The position numbers were made by a program, and so were the translations under genes. DNA of 61,549 nucleotides from Actinomycetota bacterium (GTDB lineage Bacteria > Actinomycetota > Actinomycetes > S36-B12 > UBA5976), in the NCBI GenBank assembly GCA_041192345.1, contig JBEEND010000004.1, forward strand, positions 1 through 61,549, in the 5' to 3' direction. A model generated the notes under the pieces. It made no database searches. It had not been told where the DNA came from and was given only the letters and a program-made list of their open reading frames with translations. Below are positions 18,667 through 28,605 of this stretch, one piece after another (the stretch's first letter is position 1; each line of letters starts with the position of its first letter).

Positions 18667-19518
18667 ATGACATCAGAATCACAGAGACTTACACGCACTA
18701 TGCACTTAGGTGGATCAGCGCGAGGAGAAACCGCGTATCCAATTATGGAGCTTCGAAATCTTGATGTGTACTACGGGGATTTCCACGCGGTGCGAGACGT
18801 CTCATTAGACATTGGTGCAAATCAAATCACCGCCTTTATCGGTCCATCTGGTTGTGGCAAGTCGACCGTTCTTCGTTGTCTAAATCGAACTAATGACTTA
18901 GTGCCAAGTGCTCGCGTTACAGGAGTAATTGATTACCGGGGACATGATCTTTATGGCCCAAAAGTGGACCCAATCGAAGTTCGTCGCCGAGTAGGCATGG
19001 TTTTTCAAAAGCCAAACCCATTTCCAAAATCAATTTTTGACAACATTGCGTACGGCCCAAGAGTCACCGGAATGAAATTGAACAAATCGGAAACTGCTGA
19101 TTTAGTTGAGCACGCCTTAACCAAAGCTGGGTTATGGACTGAAGTAAAGGACAAATTAGATCAAAGTGGATTTGCGCTTTCTGGGGGCCAGCAACAGCGA
19201 CTTTGTATTGCTCGTGCGATTGCAACGTCGCCAGACATATTGTTAATGGACGAACCATGTGCTTCCTTAGATCCAATTGCCACTTCGCTGATTGAAGATT
19301 TGATGCTGGAGTTGGTCAGTGATTACACGGTTGTTATTGTGACTCACAATATGCAGCAGGCCGCTCGGGTGTCTAGTCGTACTGGATTCTTTAGTGCGAA
19401 AGTAGATGATGCCGGACAGCGCTATGGACATTTAGTGGAAATAGATCAAACAACTACAATCTTCACAAATCCCTCTGATTCACGGACTGAAGATTACATC
19501 ACAGGACGATTTGGGTAA
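18667..19518 (+). CDS. pstB: phosphate ABC transporter ATP-binding protein
   Basis: Walker [10 protein letters not shown], signature LSGGQQQRL, Walker B LLMDEP. A GGAG lies 8 nt upstream. Confidence 0.95.
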   Translation: MTSESQRLTRTMHLGGSARGETAYPIMELRNLDVYYGDFHAVRDVSLDIGANQITAFIGPSGCGKSTVLRCLNRTNDLVPSARVTGVIDYRGHDLYGPKVDPIEVRRRVGMVFQKPNPFPKSIFDNIAYGPRVTGMKLNKSETADLVEHALTKAGLWTEVKDKLDQSGFALSGGQQQRLCIARAIATSPDILLMDEPCASLDPIATSLIEDLMLELVSDYTVVIVTHNMQQAARVSSRTGFFSAKVDDAGQRYGHLVEIDQTTTIFTNPSDSRTEDYITGRFG

Positions 19519-19522
19519 TCTT

Positions 19523-20452
19523 CTAGTTTTGGTGTCGTTCGACGGAAACGATGTGACGTAGATTCGCGGCGTCCCGATGGTAGACAACCATAGTTCCAGG
19601 GGTAAATGCTGAGTCAAAGGATTTCTTTGTTTCATTTTCAACTGTGAAAATAGATCTCAAAGCATCCATCACAGCGGGCAGAACTGGCCGGTGAGTACAT
19701 AACACGAGTGCGATTGGATTTTCTGCAAGTTCCAGCACGCGAGCGATGGCACTTTCGGGACTGACTTTGTGCCGTTCTTCACTTACAGTTTTTTCTAACG
19801 TCACGGCCAAACTTCTGCCCGTGGCATAAGGGCCCACAGTGTCGCGACATCTGCGCGAATCAGAGGAGTGCAGGGCGGAAACACCATAAGCAGCTAATGC
19901 GCCAACAAGAGAGTTAGCCTGCATTCTGCCAACGGCGGTAAGTGGCCTACTCGCGTCAACTTCGGATAACTCGTCACTGCTAAGTAACCACTCTGATCGT
20001 TTAACTGATTGGGTATGGCGCAAAATAATTAACGGGATAGTTGGAATTGCATTTGAAGCCGCTAATAGAACCTCTCGATCATGCTTATAAGTTAATTTTG
20101 CTTTTGCTTCCGCCAGAGGCAGCCAGGCTATTTGCGTAACTTCATCATTTGGTACAAATTCACCTGTAAGTTTCTTGGCAACCCAGTAGTGCGAATCTTT
20201 GACTCTACCTTCAACTTCGTAGGTCTGAGTTGGCAGCGGCACCCCAAGCTCGACAGCCATTCCAGTTTCTTCCCGAACCTCCCGAACTGCCGCAGTTAGT
20301 AAATGCTCGCCTGGATCAACTTTGCCTTTTGGAAATGTCCAATCGTCGCGGTAATTGCGATAGATCAGCAAAAACTCTGTTTCCTCTGCGCCAGTTCGGG
20401 TAACTACTGCGCCGGCAGCAACAATTCGGTCAGTGGCTGCCAAAGAGTCCAA
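19523..20452 (-). CDS. Nudix hydrolase fused to a histidine-phosphatase (SixA-like) domain, MutT1-type
   Basis: Nudix box [22 protein letters not shown] and a C-terminal RH motif (LRHTQS). Lies next to ppk, as in Mycobacterium and Streptomyces. Confidence 0.85.
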   Translation of the reverse strand: MDSLAATDRIVAAGAVVTRTGAEETEFLLIYRNYRDDWTFPKGKVDPGEHLLTAAVREVREETGMAVELGVPLPTQTYEVEGRVKDSHYWVAKKLTGEFVPNDEVTQIAWLPLAEAKAKLTYKHDREVLLAASNAIPTIPLIILRHTQSVKRSEWLLSSDELSEVDASRPLTAVGRMQANSLVGALAAYGVSALHSSDSRRCRDTVGPYATGRSLAVTLEKTVSEERHKVSPESAIARVLELAENPIALVLCTHRPVLPAVMDALRSIFTVENETKKSFDSAFTPGTMVVYHRDAANLRHIVSVERHQN

Positions 20453-22589
20453 CCTTGTTCAAGATGGTGTCTATTCGTCGTGGGGTGGGTGCATCAGCGG
20501 CTGATCTTGCTACTGGATGTCGATTAATTAACAATTCTTGATAGTTGATCAATGGCTCGCCATTTTCATCTAGATGATGTCGAATCCAGTCACCAGTTGG
20601 GAGCAGATGCCAAGAAGCCGTATTGTCTGACATCGCAAGATCAATAGTTTCCACGATGCTTTCTGCTGCATCTGGATTTATCCGAACAAGTGCTTCAACA
20701 CGTCTATCCAAATTGCGATGCATTAAGTCAGGTGAACCAATCCATGTTTCGCGGTCACCAGCATTAGCAAAATCATAAACGCGACTATGCTCCAAGAATC
20801 GACCCAGGACGCTACGAACTCTGATGTTCTCGGAGTACCCTGCAACGCCAGGTCGCAATGCGCATATTCCTCGAACAAAAATATCGACATTTACCCCAGC
20901 CTGAGAAGCGCTATACAGTGCATCAATTATGGTTTCATCAACTATGGCATTGCACTTAAACCGAATGTAACCCTGGTGGCCATTTTTAACATGTTCGATT
21001 TCTCGCTCAATACGTTCAACTAATCCAAGTCTTAAACCCTTTGGCGCAACTATCAGTCGATTGTAATTACCCTGAACGCCGTAGCCACTTAAATGATTAA
21101 ATAAGCTGGCAACATCTTCACCAATCTTTGGATCTGTGGATAACAAGCCATAATCTTCGTAATGTCGAGCAGTTTTTGGATTGTAGTTTCCAGTTCCAAT
21201 GTGAACGTATCGGTTCAGTTTTCCATTATCGTTTCGAACCACTAAGCAAAGTTTTGCATGTGTTTTTAAGCCGACAATTCCGTAAACAACGTGAACTCCA
21301 GCTTCTTCAAGTTTGCGGGACCAATCGATGTTATTTTGCTCATCAAATCGTGCCTTGATTTCAACAACAGCCAAAACTTGCTTCCCCAACTGAGCAGCAT
21401 TAATTAGCGCATCAACAATTGGAGAGTCACCAGAAGTGCGATACAACGTCTGCTTAATCGCTAAAACATTTGGATCATTAGATGCTTGCTCGAGGAAGAG
21501 TTGCATGCTGGTAGAAAATGAGTCATATGGATGATGCAATAAAATTTCATGATGGCGCATAACATCCAGCACATCAGGGGGAGTAGCACTTTCCACTTCG
21601 GCTAAGGCAACACTTGTTCTAGCGACAAATACTGGCGCCTTTAAATCACCGCGCGGTAACTGCATGAACTCTAAGAGTGATTCGTGGTCTAACAGACCAT
21701 TTAGGCGAAAAACTTCGTTGCTTTCTACGCCTAATTCGCCAACGATCAAATCCAAAATGTGAGCATCAATTGAATTTTCGACTTCAAGTCGAACGGCAGG
21801 TCCAAATCTTCGACGCATCAATTCGCGTTCGAGTGCTTGGAGCAAATTCTCAGCATCGTCCTCTTCAACATCTAACTCTTCATTACGAGTGATTCGGAAG
21901 GCGTGATATTGAAGTACCTGCATGCCAGGAAATAACTTATCTAGGTGGCCAGCAATGACATCTTCCAGTGGTACAAAGCGCTGACGTGACACTTCAATAA
22001 ATCTAGGCAGGGAAGGCGGTACCTTAACGCGGGCGAAAAGCTCGTTGCCCGTTGTTGGATTTTGGACAGTTACTGCCAAGTTCATTGATAAACCGGATAT
22101 GTATGGAAATGGGTGCGAAGGGTCAACTGCGAGTGGAGTCAGAACTGGAAAAACTTGTTGATCAAATAATTCAGACATGGCTTGACGTTCGTCAATAGTT
22201 AATTCCTCCCATCGCAAAATTTCAATTCCGCTTGCAACCAGGGCAGGCAAAATGGAGTCATTGAAAGTTTTGGAAGCTTGCTTCATGGCGGCGTGGCTCT
22301 GAGCCAAGACTGCATTATGCAATTCACTTGGAAGCATTCCCGATATTGTTTTCTTAGCAATTCCGGTAGCTATTCGTCGCTTAAGTCCCGCTACACGAAC
22401 CATAAAAAATTCGTCAAGGTTACTGGCAAAGATCGAAAGGTACTTTACCCGCTCTAGCAATTCCATATTTTGGTCTTGGGCAAGTTCTAGGACACGTTGA
22501 TTAAAGGCAAGCCAAGAAAGTTCTCGATCTAAAAATCGATCAGAAGTTAATTCGATTGCGCTGTTTGGCGCTGGGAAAGTCTCACTCAT
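20430..22589 (-). CDS. ppk: polyphosphate kinase 1
   Basis: ORF 20430..22610. ATG 22589 is preceded by GGTGGGG. Full-length PPK1 architecture with N-terminal [18 protein letters not shown]. Confidence 0.95.
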   Translation of the reverse strand: MSETFPAPNSAIELTSDRFLDRELSWLAFNQRVLELAQDQNMELLERVKYLSIFASNLDEFFMVRVAGLKRRIATGIAKKTISGMLPSELHNAVLAQSHAAMKQASKTFNDSILPALVASGIEILRWEELTIDERQAMSELFDQQVFPVLTPLAVDPSHPFPYISGLSMNLAVTVQNPTTGNELFARVKVPPSLPRFIEVSRQRFVPLEDVIAGHLDKLFPGMQVLQYHAFRITRNEELDVEEDDAENLLQALERELMRRRFGPAVRLEVENSIDAHILDLIVGELGVESNEVFRLNGLLDHESLLEFMQLPRGDLKAPVFVARTSVALAEVESATPPDVLDVMRHHEILLHHPYDSFSTSMQLFLEQASNDPNVLAIKQTLYRTSGDSPIVDALINAAQLGKQVLAVVEIKARFDEQNNIDWSRKLEEAGVHVVYGIVGLKTHAKLCLVVRNDNGKLNRYVHIGTGNYNPKTARHYEDYGLLSTDPKIGEDVASLFNHLSGYGVQGNYNRLIVAPKGLRLGLVERIEREIEHVKNGHQGYIRFKCNAIVDETIIDALYSASQAGVNVDIFVRGICALRPGVAGYSENIRVRSVLGRFLEHSRVYDFANAGDRETWIGSPDLMHRNLDRRVEALVRINPDAAESIVETIDLAMSDNTASWHLLPTGDWIRHHLDENGEPLINYQELLINRHPVARSAADAPTPRRIDTILNKVGLFGSH

Positions 22590-22612
22590 AACCCCACCAT
22601 GATCACACATTT

Positions 22613-22654
22613 AGGTGAACAACACCTAAAGTCAAGATTGCAAAAGGTGAACAA
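22613..22654 (-). promoter_or_regulatory. two TTGTTCACCT repeats (PHO-box-like) in the ppk / S51-like divergent region
   Basis: aggtgaacaa at 22613-22622 and at 22645-22654, which reads TTGTTCACCT in ppk orientation. The proximal copy lies within the 7-bp inverted repeat ttaggtg/cacctaa. Confidence 0.35.
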
Positions 22655-22681
22655 TATGGTGGAAAGTGGGATGATTTAGCG

Positions 22682-23848
22682 GTGACCAGGCAAATAGTGA
22701 TTATGGGATCTGGTGAAACCAGTCCAACTATGGTCACCCCACATCAACAAATTTTGGCGGGCCTGGGCAAATCAGAACAGATCAAACTGAGCATTGTTGA
22801 TACACCATTTGGCTTTCAAGAGAATGCTGATGATTTAACCCAAAAGTTAATTGATTTCTTCGCCCAATCTGTAGGAGCACACGCGCAAGTTGTTTCGCTT
22901 CGAAACACCATGGTCAAAGGCGCCGCACTCGGTGAGGCTGTCAATGCAATCCGAGAATCTAATTGGATTTTTGCTGGTCCAGGAAGTCCTTCGTATGCCT
23001 TAAAAGTTTGGCAAGAATTAGGCGTGAGTCCGCACTTCGATGAAGTACTAGTTGATGGTGTGATAGTTCTAGCATCGGCAGCAGCTTTGACTGCTGGTTC
23101 GCACACTATTCCGGTTTATGAAATGTATAAAGTAGGCGAGGATCCACACTGGCTTCCCGGTTTAAATTTAATTGAGCGACACACTGGAATGCCAGCTACG
23201 ATCATTCCGCATTACGACAATGCAGACGGCGCAAATCATGATACGCGATTTTGTTACGTGGGCGAGGCTCGACTTCGTATTCTTGAATCTTTGTTGCCTC
23301 CGCAAATTTTCATAATTGGAGTGGATGAACACACTGGTGTCCGCTTTGACTTAGATGATCGCGTTGCATATGTGTTTGGTCGAGGCAGTATGACAATTCG
23401 TCATCATGGGGAAGCTTGGACAGTTGCGGCTGGTGAGTCTGCGACATTCGAAGAAATCATCGCGCATACTGGCAGCACAATTGTCCTGGGTGAACCAGCG
23501 CCGCTATTCAAGGTCGATCCACATAAAGTCGAGGAGTTACTTGATTCTGGAAACGTAACTGCTGCTGTTGATGCATTACTAAATCTTGATGAGTTGGATC
23601 GAGATATGGAAACTCGCGCTGCAGTACATTCCCTTGTTGCAAGATTGGGTCACATTGCCGCTAGCCCGAAAGTTGACATCATGTCAGTTGTTGGCCCTTA
23701 TATTGAAGCGCTATTGCAAGCTCGCCAAGCAGCGCGCACAGGTGGTCGCTGGGATGATGCGGACGCTATCCGTGATCGCTTAATGGAATTGAAAGTAACC
23801 ATCAAGGATTCCAAAGATGGATCGAGTTGGGATATCGAGTCCAAATGA
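22682..23848 (+). CDS. uncharacterised protein: cyanophycinase/peptidase-S51-like fold (nucleophile apparently lost) plus a CysRS-type C-terminal helical domain
   Basis: N-terminal IVIMGSGETSP...PFGFQEN. ASAAAL occupies the position of the GxSAG nucleophile elbow. The C-terminus QARQAARTGGRWDDADAIRDRLMELKVTIKDSKDGSSW resembles the CysS C-terminal segment. Confidence 0.5.
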   Translation: MTRQIVIMGSGETSPTMVTPHQQILAGLGKSEQIKLSIVDTPFGFQENADDLTQKLIDFFAQSVGAHAQVVSLRNTMVKGAALGEAVNAIRESNWIFAGPGSPSYALKVWQELGVSPHFDEVLVDGVIVLASAAALTAGSHTIPVYEMYKVGEDPHWLPGLNLIERHTGMPATIIPHYDNADGANHDTRFCYVGEARLRILESLLPPQIFIIGVDEHTGVRFDLDDRVAYVFGRGSMTIRHHGEAWTVAAGESATFEEIIAHTGSTIVLGEPAPLFKVDPHKVEELLDSGNVTAAVDALLNLDELDRDMETRAAVHSLVARLGHIAASPKVDIMSVVGPYIEALLQARQAARTGGRWDDADAIRDRLMELKVTIKDSKDGSSWDIESK

Positions 23849-24552
23849 CGCCAGGCCCAATCGCACTTGTTGGCTCCGGAGAATATTTACCAGTAATGCT
23901 AGAAGTGGAAGCAAGTTTGATCGCAGGTCGCAATCCGATTTATGTGCAGATCCCAACCGCAGCAGCCCCAGAAGGCGAGAGTTCGTTAACTCGTTGGATT
24001 GAGTTGGGCAAAGCCCAAGCTAATCGAATGGGAGTAACTGCCGTCTCGGTCGTCGCGCACGACCGTAACGACGCACAAGATCCACGCATTGCTGAATTAG
24101 TTCGTGATGCTGGTTTAATTTATCTTTCAGGCGGTAACCCATCGTTCTTAGCAAATACCTTGCGCGACTCTTTACTTTGGCAAGAGATTGAAACTGCTTG
24201 GCGAAATGGTGCGGCGCTTGCCGGCTGTAGCGCCGGTGCAATGGCACTTGCTGATCACATTCCAGCACTGAGATTGCCCACACATTCGGCAACGCATGGC
24301 GTTGGCCTACTCCCACATCTTCGCGTTCTGCCGCACTTTGATCAAATGTTTGCGCGCATACCCGATTTCCTAACTCGATTTATGAAAGTCCCTGATGGTG
24401 TGAGCATTGTGGGGATAGACGAGGACACTGCAATTGTTGGGGGACCATTTGAGTGGGAAGTTAAAGGACGCCAGTCCGCTTGGCTATTTGTGGATGGACA
24501 TCGAAAAGAATTTAAGCCAGGTGAGACTTTAGTTACGCCAGGGATTTCCTAA
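23845..24552 (+). CDS. peptidase S51 / cyanophycinase-like (type-1 glutamine-amidotransferase-like) protein
   Basis: ORF 23827..24552. ATG 23845 overlaps the upstream stop (ATGA). IALVGSGEY, LSGGNP and nucleophile elbow GCSAGAMAL are present. Confidence 0.7.
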   Translation: MTPGPIALVGSGEYLPVMLEVEASLIAGRNPIYVQIPTAAAPEGESSLTRWIELGKAQANRMGVTAVSVVAHDRNDAQDPRIAELVRDAGLIYLSGGNPSFLANTLRDSLLWQEIETAWRNGAALAGCSAGAMALADHIPALRLPTHSATHGVGLLPHLRVLPHFDQMFARIPDFLTRFMKVPDGVSIVGIDEDTAIVGGPFEWEVKGRQSAWLFVDGHRKEFKPGETLVTPGIS

Positions 24553-25468
24553 ACATTACGTCAGTATCCCAATGCGCAAACCCAAGTGATTCATAAAGAG
24601 AAATTGCTGCTTGGTTATCGGCGTCAACATATAGCATGGCCGCAGGTATTCCTTTTCCTCGAAGATATTCCAGTCCGCGAATACTTAGCAATTTTGCCAA
24701 TCCAGTACCGCGTTGATCTGGTGCGATTCCGAGAACGTAAATCTCACCCATTTCGGAATGCCCATGTCCGCCTGTGCCGCCATGGATTTTGGTCCAGTGG
24801 TAACCAACCACAGTTTCAAGACCAGAGCTATCTGCAGTGGTAGCAATCAAGAAGCCAGCGGGATCAAACCAACTTTCTGACATGCGTGCCTTCAAATCTT
24901 CTGGCGACATGCGCCCCTGCTCGGGATGATCAACAAAAACTTTGGCATTTAGCTCAAGCCAAGCTGATTCATCCTTGCCAACTTGAAATGGGCGAATCGT
25001 GAATTTTGGATTCTCAATTAATTTAGGTAGCGGCGCAAATAGCGAGCGACGCATTTGCCAAAGTTCTCGAGTTTTTGCAAAGCCAAGCTTTGCTGCCAGA
25101 GAGTAGGCGCTGGCGAGTTCACCATGCGCCCAAAGCCGCATTCGAGAATCGTCAGATTTTGAAATTGCTAACTCAATTAACCCTCTGCCAATACCTTGGT
25201 TTCGAAAATCAGGATGCACCACGACTTCCACAACGGGGCCAGCGACTGCATCAGTTTGATCCAAGTGCAAATAACCTAGGATTTTCCCAGCAGCATCTGT
25301 TGCAATCAAGTGTTCATCTGCTTCATCGCCACCGTGATGTAAGTGAATCAATACGTGCTCAGAAAGTGGAGCCATTTCATCGACTGCCGCCGCAGCAAAT
25401 GCGAGTTGGGTGATCTCCTTCGTAAGCTCGGGAGTTAAGTGAACTAACGCGGAGATCGTCAGGGACAT
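24533..25468 (-). CDS. mshD: mycothiol synthase (two-GNAT-domain acetyltransferase)
   Basis: 311 aa with tandem GNAT domains (QGIGRGL and QRGTGLAKLL). Lies next to the glnR homolog, as in M. tuberculosis. Confidence 0.88.
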   Translation of the reverse strand: MSLTISALVHLTPELTKEITQLAFAAAAVDEMAPLSEHVLIHLHHGGDEADEHLIATDAAGKILGYLHLDQTDAVAGPVVEVVVHPDFRNQGIGRGLIELAISKSDDSRMRLWAHGELASAYSLAAKLGFAKTRELWQMRRSLFAPLPKLIENPKFTIRPFQVGKDESAWLELNAKVFVDHPEQGRMSPEDLKARMSESWFDPAGFLIATTADSSGLETVVGYHWTKIHGGTGGHGHSEMGEIYVLGIAPDQRGTGLAKLLSIRGLEYLRGKGIPAAMLYVDADNQAAISLYESLGFAHWDTDVMFRKSLA

Positions 25469-25471
25469 AAA

Positions 25472-26179
25472 TTAAACGAGAACTTCGAAGGATTCGCTAT
25501 TTGATGCGGGCGTTGTTACATAGCGGTAGCCAACATTTCGAACGGTACCAATTAAGTTTTCATTCTCTGGACCTAGTTTTGCGCGCAACCGACGCACATG
25601 CACGTCCACTGTTCGAGTTCCACCAAAGTAGTCATATCCCCAGACTTCGCGAAGAAGCTGATCGCGCGAAAATACGCGACCAGGGTGTTGTGCAAGGAAT
25701 TTAAGCAATTCAAATTCTTTGAATGTTAAATCCAAAGTGCGACCACGTAATTTTGCTGAATATGTAGCTTCATTAATTAAAAGTTCGCCAGCTTTAATTT
25801 CGCCAGATATCTCTATATTTTGCTCAGTGACAGCTTTTGTGGTTGCTAACCGAATTCGAACTTCGATCTCAGCTGGGCTGGCGTCTACTAGAAGTACATC
25901 GGTTAGCCCCCACTCGCGGTTCACGGCCGCTAGACCGCCCTGGGTAGTTATCAAAATAACTGGTGAAGTATTTCCGGTAGTTTCCATTAGCCGGCAAAGA
26001 CTTCTAACTGCAGGTAAATCCGTGCGGCCATCAATGAGAATGACATCTACTTCAGGTGCCATTAGTAAGGCAGTTGGTTCAGGTGACATCACTTTAATGT
26101 GGTGGCTGAGCAGTTCAAGTCCAGGTAATACCGCGCTGGAAGGGGTTAACGCGCGGGTCAAAAGCAGCACTTGTGCCAT
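25472..26179 (-). CDS. glnR: GlnR-type orphan OmpR-family response regulator
   Basis: Winged helix [15 protein letters not shown]...TVRNVGY. The atypical receiver lacks the N-terminal acidic DD pair ([13 protein letters not shown]). It closely resembles mycobacterial GlnR as recalled. Confidence 0.8.
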   Translation of the reverse strand: MAQVLLLTRALTPSSAVLPGLELLSHHIKVMSPEPTALLMAPEVDVILIDGRTDLPAVRSLCRLMETTGNTSPVILITTQGGLAAVNREWGLTDVLLVDASPAEIEVRIRLATTKAVTEQNIEISGEIKAGELLINEATYSAKLRGRTLDLTFKEFELLKFLAQHPGRVFSRDQLLREVWGYDYFGGTRTVDVHVRRLRAKLGPENENLIGTVRNVGYRYVTTPASNSESFEVLV

Positions 26180-26278
26180 AAGACCACCCGCTTCGCTGAT
26201 TTATCCCGTAGATACTCAAGTTAAGTCTAGAGCAGGATGCAGTAAGTAAAACTTTGGCACCCGAAAAATGCCACTAAA

Positions 26279-26698
26279 TCAGGCTAATTGTGACACTGCG
26301 TGCGCAACTTCGGATTTCTTTGGCACGCCAACTGCCCTGAAATGCACTGTGCCGGCATTGTCAATGATCAAGGTAGTTGGAGTTCGGTGAATCCCATAAG
26401 TCTTGACCAGGTCCAAGTGCTCAACTACGTCAAGTTCAATGTGACAAATGTCGGGAAAGCTATTTGTTACCTCATCAAGAATCTTGGTAGTAACGCGACA
26501 GGGTTGGCAAAACTCCGAGGAGAACTGTAAAAACGTTACTTGCGGAGCATGGTCGTGATGCAGGTGCAAGTGCTCAGCTAAACCAAGTCGTGGCAACACA
26601 ATTTCCTCACGAAGTTTTCCATCGCTAAGTTTCCGATAGATACCAAAGGCACCAGAGAGCAGCAGGACAGCCAGTAGGACGTATGCACCTGCTGACAT
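26279..26698 (-). CDS. membrane-anchored thioredoxin-like protein
   Basis: N-terminal TM helix and CQPC redox motif. An AGGAG RBS is present. Confidence 0.8.
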   Translation of the reverse strand: MSAGAYVLLAVLLLSGAFGIYRKLSDGKLREEIVLPRLGLAEHLHLHHDHAPQVTFLQFSSEFCQPCRVTTKILDEVTNSFPDICHIELDVVEHLDLVKTYGIHRTPTTLIIDNAGTVHFRAVGVPKKSEVAHAVSQLA

Positions 26699-26773
26699 TC
26701 GTACTCCTAGTTAGTTGGTAATTACGAACATAGGTGAAATTTCAAATATCTCCAACTCAGCAAAACTAAGTCG

Positions 26774-26798
26774 CCTACTGCAAAGACTTTGCAGTAGG
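26774..26798. promoter_or_regulatory. 25-bp perfect palindrome, candidate operator
   Basis: CCTACTGCAAAG-A-CTTTGCAGTAGG in the divergent region between the thioredoxin-like gene and the sulfurtransferase operon. Flanked by the outer inverted repeat gtgaaattt (26734-26742) / aaatttcac (26800-26808). Confidence 0.45.
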
Positions 26799-26845
26799 TA
26801 AATTTCACTTAACGCATTTGGTGGATTCCGATTACAGTTAAAGAC

Positions 26846-26926
26846 ATGTCCGGCATCGAGGTTTTAACCAAAAGGCGCGTCGTGGATTACGGCCGCCTTA
26901 GTTCTGCCATGTGTTGCTTCTCTTAA
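26846..26926 (+). CDS. candidate 26-aa Cys-rich leader peptide (MSGIEVLTKRRVVDYGRLSSAMCCFS)
   Basis: Hand-translated ORF, too short for the supplied track. It has tandem Cys codons 3-4 codons before the stop and lies 63 nt upstream of the DUF4395/rhodanese operon. It resembles the LTKRRxVD...C leader-peptide family as recalled. Confidence 0.5.
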   Translation: MSGIEVLTKRRVVDYGRLSSAMCCFS

Positions 26927-26989
26927 TTCCGCAGTCTAGATTTCTCAGGCTGCATTTAACCAGCCGACTAGAAACTTAAGGAATTTTAA

Positions 26990-27415
26990 ATGAGTAAACA
27001 AATTGATCCACGTGGTCCGCGTTTTGGAGCAGTCATAACTACAGTCGTGCTAGCAATTATTTTGTTAACGATTCCATCAACAATCGCAACCGTGCTGCTT
27101 GCGATTCAAACCGCTGTTTTTGGTCTTGGCGCATTTGTCGGCCTGCACGCCCAACCGTATGGAATCATCTATCGAAAGTTTGTACTTGCCAGAATTGGCA
27201 AGCCAACAGAACTTGAACCAGTTGAACCACCACAGTTTGCCCAGCTCGTAGGGTTCTTATTTGCAGTGGTTGGCTTCATTGCACTTTTATCTGGCGCTGA
27301 TCTAGTGGCGACTATCGCTGTTGGATTTGCATTAGCAGCAGCATTTTTAAATGCTGCATTTAACTTTTGCCTCGGGTGCGAAATGTACTTAATTGGCAAA
27401 CGAATTTTTTCATAA
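26990..27415 (+). CDS. DUF4395-like membrane protein
   Basis: 141 aa with 4 hydrophobic segments and a C-terminal CLGC. Lies upstream of the rhodanese gene, as in other actinobacteria. Confidence 0.6.
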   Translation: MSKQIDPRGPRFGAVITTVVLAIILLTIPSTIATVLLAIQTAVFGLGAFVGLHAQPYGIIYRKFVLARIGKPTELEPVEPPQFAQLVGFLFAVVGFIALLSGADLVATIAVGFALAAAFLNAAFNFCLGCEMYLIGKRIFS

Positions 27416-27438
27416 TCAAAATTAATCAGGAGAACTAA

Positions 27439-28284
27439 ATGAGTAATAATTCACTAGTAGATGCAACTTGGGCGCTAGCGCACCTAGATGATGCCAAAGT
27501 TGTGTTCATCGAAGTAGATGAAGATACCCAGGCATATGCTGCAAACCACATTAAGAATGCAATTGCGCTTAATTGGCAGAGTGATCTGCAAGATCCAGTT
27601 CGCCGAGATTTTGTAAATAAAGAACAGTTCTCAGCGCTGCTCAGTGACAAGGGTGTTTCCAACGATGACACAGTAATTCTTTACGGTGGAAACAATAACT
27701 GGTTTGCCGCATATGCCTTCTGGTATTTCAAACTTTACGGACATGGCGACGTCCGCTTACTAGATGGTGGCCGCAAAAAGTGGGAATTGGACGGTCGTGA
27801 ACTCGTGAGCGAAGTTCCAGCTCGCGCGGCAACTAAGTATGTTGCCAAGGAACAAGATCTTTCGATTCGGTCCTTCCGTGATGATGTGTTAAACGCCATT
27901 GGAACAAAGAACCTTGTGGATGTTCGCAGTCCTGATGAATATGCAGGTCGGTTACTTGCCCCTGCACATTTACCACAGGAAGCTGCGCGCATTGGTGGAC
28001 ATATTCCAACCGCTGCAAATATTCCGTGGAGTAAGGCAGCTAACGATGATGGATCATTTAAGTCAATTGCGGATTTGAAAGCACTATATGAAGGCGCGGG
28101 CGTTGACTTAAGTAAAGACACGATTGCTTACTGCCGAATCGGTGAACGTTCTGCACATTCTTGGTTTGTATTGCACGAGTTGTTAGGCGTTAAGAATGTC
28201 AGCAACTATGACGGATCTTGGACTGAGTATGGTTCGTTAGTCGGAGTTCCAGTTGCCGTTGGCGATGAACCTGGTCAAGTATGA
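27439..28284 (+). CDS. thiosulfate sulfurtransferase (tandem rhodanese domains)
   Basis: 281 aa with active-site loop CRIGERS and an AGGAG RBS. Resembles CysA/SseA. Confidence 0.9.
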   Translation: MSNNSLVDATWALAHLDDAKVVFIEVDEDTQAYAANHIKNAIALNWQSDLQDPVRRDFVNKEQFSALLSDKGVSNDDTVILYGGNNNWFAAYAFWYFKLYGHGDVRLLDGGRKKWELDGRELVSEVPARAATKYVAKEQDLSIRSFRDDVLNAIGTKNLVDVRSPDEYAGRLLAPAHLPQEAARIGGHIPTAANIPWSKAANDDGSFKSIADLKALYEGAGVDLSKDTIAYCRIGERSAHSWFVLHELLGVKNVSNYDGSWTEYGSLVGVPVAVGDEPGQV

Positions 28285-28583
28285 GTGCATGCGGCGCAGT
28301 AGTTGGGGGTGTCTCGTTAGAAAATGTCGACATTAAGACCCAATCGGTCATTCAAGGAGTCGTAAGCCAACAGAATGCTCCGGTAAGTGTTGGGTATGTT
28401 CGGCTTTTGGATAAGAGTGATGAATTTGTTGCTGAGGTCCCAGTGTCAAAGCAAGGGGAGTTTAGATTCTTTGCAGCCCCTGGTGACTGGACAGTAGTGA
28501 CATTAATTCCTGGCGCAACGAATCGCACGCCGGTTAGCGCAGCACTTGGCAAAATTGTTGACCTTGAGATTGTTGTTAATTAG
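28281..28583 (+). CDS. DUF1416 (SseC-like) protein
   Basis: 100 aa, coupled by an ATGA overlap to the rhodanese gene. This is the conserved partner of actinobacterial cysA/sseA. Confidence 0.65.
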   Translation: MSACGAVVGGVSLENVDIKTQSVIQGVVSQQNAPVSVGYVRLLDKSDEFVAEVPVSKQGEFRFFAAPGDWTVVTLIPGATNRTPVSAALGKIVDLEIVVN

Positions 28584-28605
28584 TCGCTTTACTTGTTTAA
28601 GCGCG

